Of a DNA stretch of 64,000 nucleotides, positions 61,524 to 64,000 are shown piece after piece (the stretch's first letter is position 1; each line of letters starts with the position of its first letter). The notes below the pieces were generated by a model, which was not told the origin of the DNA, made no database searches, and worked only from the letters and a program-made list of their open reading frames with translations. The position numbers and the translations under genes were made by a program. The DNA is from Chlamydiota bacterium (GTDB taxonomy: Bacteria > Chlamydiota > Chlamydiia > Chlamydiales > JAAKFR01). The stretch lies in NCBI GenBank assembly GCA_021772465.1, contig JAJFLX010000012.1:65404-129403 (forward strand), given 5' to 3'.

Positions 61524-64000
61524 CTACGTTTGTAAGAGTTCTAGTACCTCTTCCCAAGTCAACTTGGAAATGGCCTCATCATCGGAGCTCATCACTTTTT
61601 TGACGAGCCCCTTCTTTCTGTTTTGCAGATTTAAAATCTTTTCTTCAATGGTATTTAAGGTGACCATCTTATACGAAGAGACCGATTTTTTCTGCCCTAG
61701 GCGATAGACCCTATCAGTTGCTTGATTCTCAACTGCCGGGTTCCACCACATATCATAGTGCACTACTGTATCTGCTCCGACTAAATTGAGTCCAGAACCT
61801 CCTGCCTTTAAGGAGACAAGAAAAATAGGAATCTGGGGACTTTCGTTAAATTCTTTAACAATTGAAAGTCGATTTTTGCTCGAACCATCGAGGTAAGAGA
61901 AGGTGATCCCTCGTCCTTCAAGATCTTCTTTCAAGATGGTCAACATCTTGGTGTATTGACTGAAGATAACAGTTTTGTGCTTCCCTTCGATGAGCGATGG
62001 GAGGAGTTCCATGAGCATATCGTACTTGGCAGAATCTCCGGGCTCTGGTTTCTCTTTGGCAAAAATTGCGGGATGACAGCAGATCTGCTTTAAGCGAGTA
62101 AGCGTTGCAAGTACATGAATCTGAATTTTTTCAAAGCCCTCTTTCTTGACAAGCTGGGAGAGTTCTTTTTTAGCTGAAGCTGCATAAGAGTTGTAAAGCT
62201 CTCGTTGCACATCGGTTAGATGGCAGTGGTAGAGAATATTCGACACAGGAGGCAGGTCTTGCAAAACATCCTCTTTCATGCGGCGAAGCATGAAAGGTGC
62301 CACCTTTTTTCGTAGCAACTCGATATTGCTCGACTTGTCTTCGGTATGCCCACAGTTGCGAATGTACTTCTCTAAAAATCGATCAAAAGAACTTAGAAGA
62401 CCGGGCATCAAGAAATCAAAGAGACTCCAAAGCTCTTCAAGAGAGTTTTCTATAGGCGTTCCTGTCAAGACAAGGCGGTGAGCCGCTTGGAGCATCTTGA
62501 CGGATTTGGCGTTCCTCGTCCCACGATTTTTGATGTGTTGCGCTTCATCGAGGACGACATAATCGAATCGAATCTCTTTGTAGCACTCGACATCCTTCTG
62601 CATCAAATTGTAAGAGGTAACCACAACATCGTAGTCTTTGATTTTTTTTAGCAGTTTTTTCCGTTGCGTCGGCACCCCATCGATTACGAGAATGTTGAGC
62701 TCGGGATTGAACTTATGAAACTCTTCCTGCCAGTTATAAACAAGCGAGGTAGGACAAACGATAAGCGACTGTGAATCGGGTTTCTCTAGCTTGCTCTGAG
62801 TGATCCCAATGATGGCTTGCAGCGTCTTTCCAAGCCCCATATCATCGGCTAAAATGCCCCCGAGGTGCATCGTTCGCAGTCGCTCAAGCCAGTGAACCCC
62901 TTCGAGTTGGTAGTTGCGCAAGCTCGCCTGAATTACTGAGGGTATGGGTTGAGGGGAAAAAGAGGTCTCGCCGAGCATCTGCTTGCGCAATTGCATCAGC
63001 TTCCGGCTCATGGAGAATTTAACTGGGAGCGATTTGAATTGAGAGGCCTGAATCGTGGTCAAGCTCCAAAGGGGCCGCTCCTGGACGTAGGTGTCCACTC
63101 TATCGAGACCAATTTCATCGAAGATTTGCACAAGGGGGGCGAGTTTCTCGAGATCGAGCACCAAAATCCTCGGTAATTTCGACTTTTTTCTCCCCTCGGC
63201 TCCTGAAGTATTCAACTCAACAAATCGTTTTTTTGAGGCGATGCAATCCCAAAGCAGATCTACTTTCGTTCCACTTAGATATCCATCAACTTTTAATTCA
63301 ACAAGATAGCTGTCCACTGATTCACTTTCACGGAAATGAAGTTCGAAAGAGGTCTCATCGTAGATAAATTGCTCAGAGAGATTTTCAGGACATTCAAACT
63401 CAACACGATCTTGATAAGCTGGTATCACCTCAGTCATAAACTCGACGATTTTTTTCTCGCTTTTCACACGAAAAAGCCCCTCTTTCTCGTCAAAGAAAAA
63501 GTCATCGAAAAGAGCCTCAAGCATCCGTTTCTCTTCGACCAGATTTCGAGCTAAAACTCCCTCTTGGCTCACAAACTCTGCAACCTCATCATAGGTCGTC
63601 TTACTAAGAGCTGCAGGAACTTCAAACTTTCCATAGACAAAGTAAAACTCTGCCTCGAGCTCCCCATTCAGGTAGTGAATCACACATCGCCCTTTGATCT
63701 CAGCGACAAAGGGAAGAGTCGTGAACTGTCCGATCAGGTTTGGGTTGGTTACCTCAGCATAGTTTCGAAGCACCGGGAGAGCATTTTCGATAAACGTTCC
63801 AAAAAGAGGCTTGGGAATCGTCAGTTCTTGAAACTTTTCTAAGGAGTGGAGATGGACCCGTTTAATCTGAGGGTGAAAGCGGAAATAGGTGTTTTGGAAG
63901 AGGAGCCCCGGCTTTGCTGCATCGAAAAGAGCTACTTCACTCATGCTAACAAGCTCATCATCGACTTGTATCGAGGGGTTGATCATAAGAGTGGGAGCGG
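61524..64000 (-). CDS. SNF2/SWI2-family helicase (probably 5'-partial)
   Basis: LRNYQLEGVHWL, ILADDMGLGKT, DEAQHIKN and WWNPAVENQATDRVYRLGQ motifs. An ATG exists at 63986, but the frame stays open to the window edge. Confidence 0.88.
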   Translation of the reverse strand, partial: APTLMINPSIQVDDELVSMSEVALFDAAKPGLLFQNTYFRFHPQIKRVHLHSLEKFQELTIPKPLFGTFIENALPVLRNYAEVTNPNLIGQFTTLPFVAEIKGRCVIHYLNGELEAEFYFVYGKFEVPAALSKTTYDEVAEFVSQEGVLARNLVEEKRMLEALFDDFFFDEKEGLFRVKSEKKIVEFMTEVIPAYQDRVEFECPENLSEQFIYDETSFELHFRESESVDSYLVELKVDGYLSGTKVDLLWDCIASKKRFVELNTSGAEGRKKSKLPRILVLDLEKLAPLVQIFDEIGLDRVDTYVQERPLWSLTTIQASQFKSLPVKFSMSRKLMQLRKQMLGETSFSPQPIPSVIQASLRNYQLEGVHWLERLRTMHLGGILADDMGLGKTLQAIIGITQSKLEKPDSQSLIVCPTSLVYNWQEEFHKFNPELNILVIDGVPTQRKKLLKKIKDYDVVVTSYNLMQKDVECYKEIRFDYVVLDEAQHIKNRGTRNAKSVKMLQAAHRLVLTGTPIENSLEELWSLFDFLMPGLLSSFDRFLEKYIRNCGHTEDKSSNIELLRKKVAPFMLRRMKEDVLQDLPPVSNILYHCHLTDVQRELYNSYAASAKKELSQLVKKEGFEKIQIHVLATLTRLKQICCHPAIFAKEKPEPGDSAKYDMLMELLPSLIEGKHKTVIFSQYTKMLTILKEDLEGRGITFSYLDGSSKNRLSIVKEFNESPQIPIFLVSLKAGGSGLNLVGADTVVHYDMWWNPAVENQATDRVYRLGQKKSVSSYKMVTLNTIEEKILNLQNRKKGLVKKVMSSDDEAISKLTWEEVLELLQT

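Noticed and set aside
1-64000. Scanned for CRISPR arrays, rRNA genes, intact IS elements, integrases and toxin-antitoxin pairs.
   Set aside because: No regularly spaced short repeats, no rRNA-like sequence and no intact transposase or integrase ORF were seen. Only the relics reported above were found.

Overview
Gene-dense bacterial chromosome segment, nearly all coding, with many 4-20 nt start/stop overlaps. Gene content and local order point to the phylum Chlamydiae. From memory, the blocks match C. trachomatis CT500-502 (ndk, ruvA, ruvC), CT653-662 (lptB...kdsA...rluD, parC/parE, hemA), CT708-710 (SNF2 helicase, mreB, pckG) and CT714-732 (gpsA, UDP-sugar pyrophosphorylase, fliI/fliF-like genes, nifU/nifS-like, gpmA, rluB, birA, rodA, zntA-like ATPase, serS, ribD, ribBA, ribH). 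The accessory content suggests an environmental or amoeba-associated chlamydia rather than Chlamydiaceae: four ankyrin-repeat proteins, a GT9 heptosyltransferase, a large NAD-GDH, selU, a class II phosphodiesterase and IS remnants. I cannot name the species. One RNA gene was found, tRNA-Arg(UCU). I saw no rRNA, CRISPR array or intact mobile element. Three regions break the conserved backbone. (1) 43.9-46.2 kb carries a bufferin-like RiPP operon: a secreted Cys-rich precursor, a DUF692/MNIO enzyme, a DUF2063 partner and a small TM protein. (2) Directly next to it, a ~3.3 kb islet (46.1-49.5 kb) is bracketed by ~100 bp imperfect direct repeats that duplicate the 3' end of the small TM gene. It carries two tandem paralogous ankyrin genes, an extremely AT-rich tract, back-to-back IS5-like and ISAs1-like transposase relics, and an AT-richer HAD-like secreted protein. 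(3) At 22.0-23.7 kb the last ~60 codons of smc are present twice, one diverged but frame-preserving copy and one functional copy. They bracket a frameshifted YhcG/DUF1016 PD-(D/E)XK nuclease gene, and a perfect 74 bp third partial copy is also present. All coordinates, alignments and motif calls were made by eye from the sequence and the ORF track. No database search or GC computation was run.
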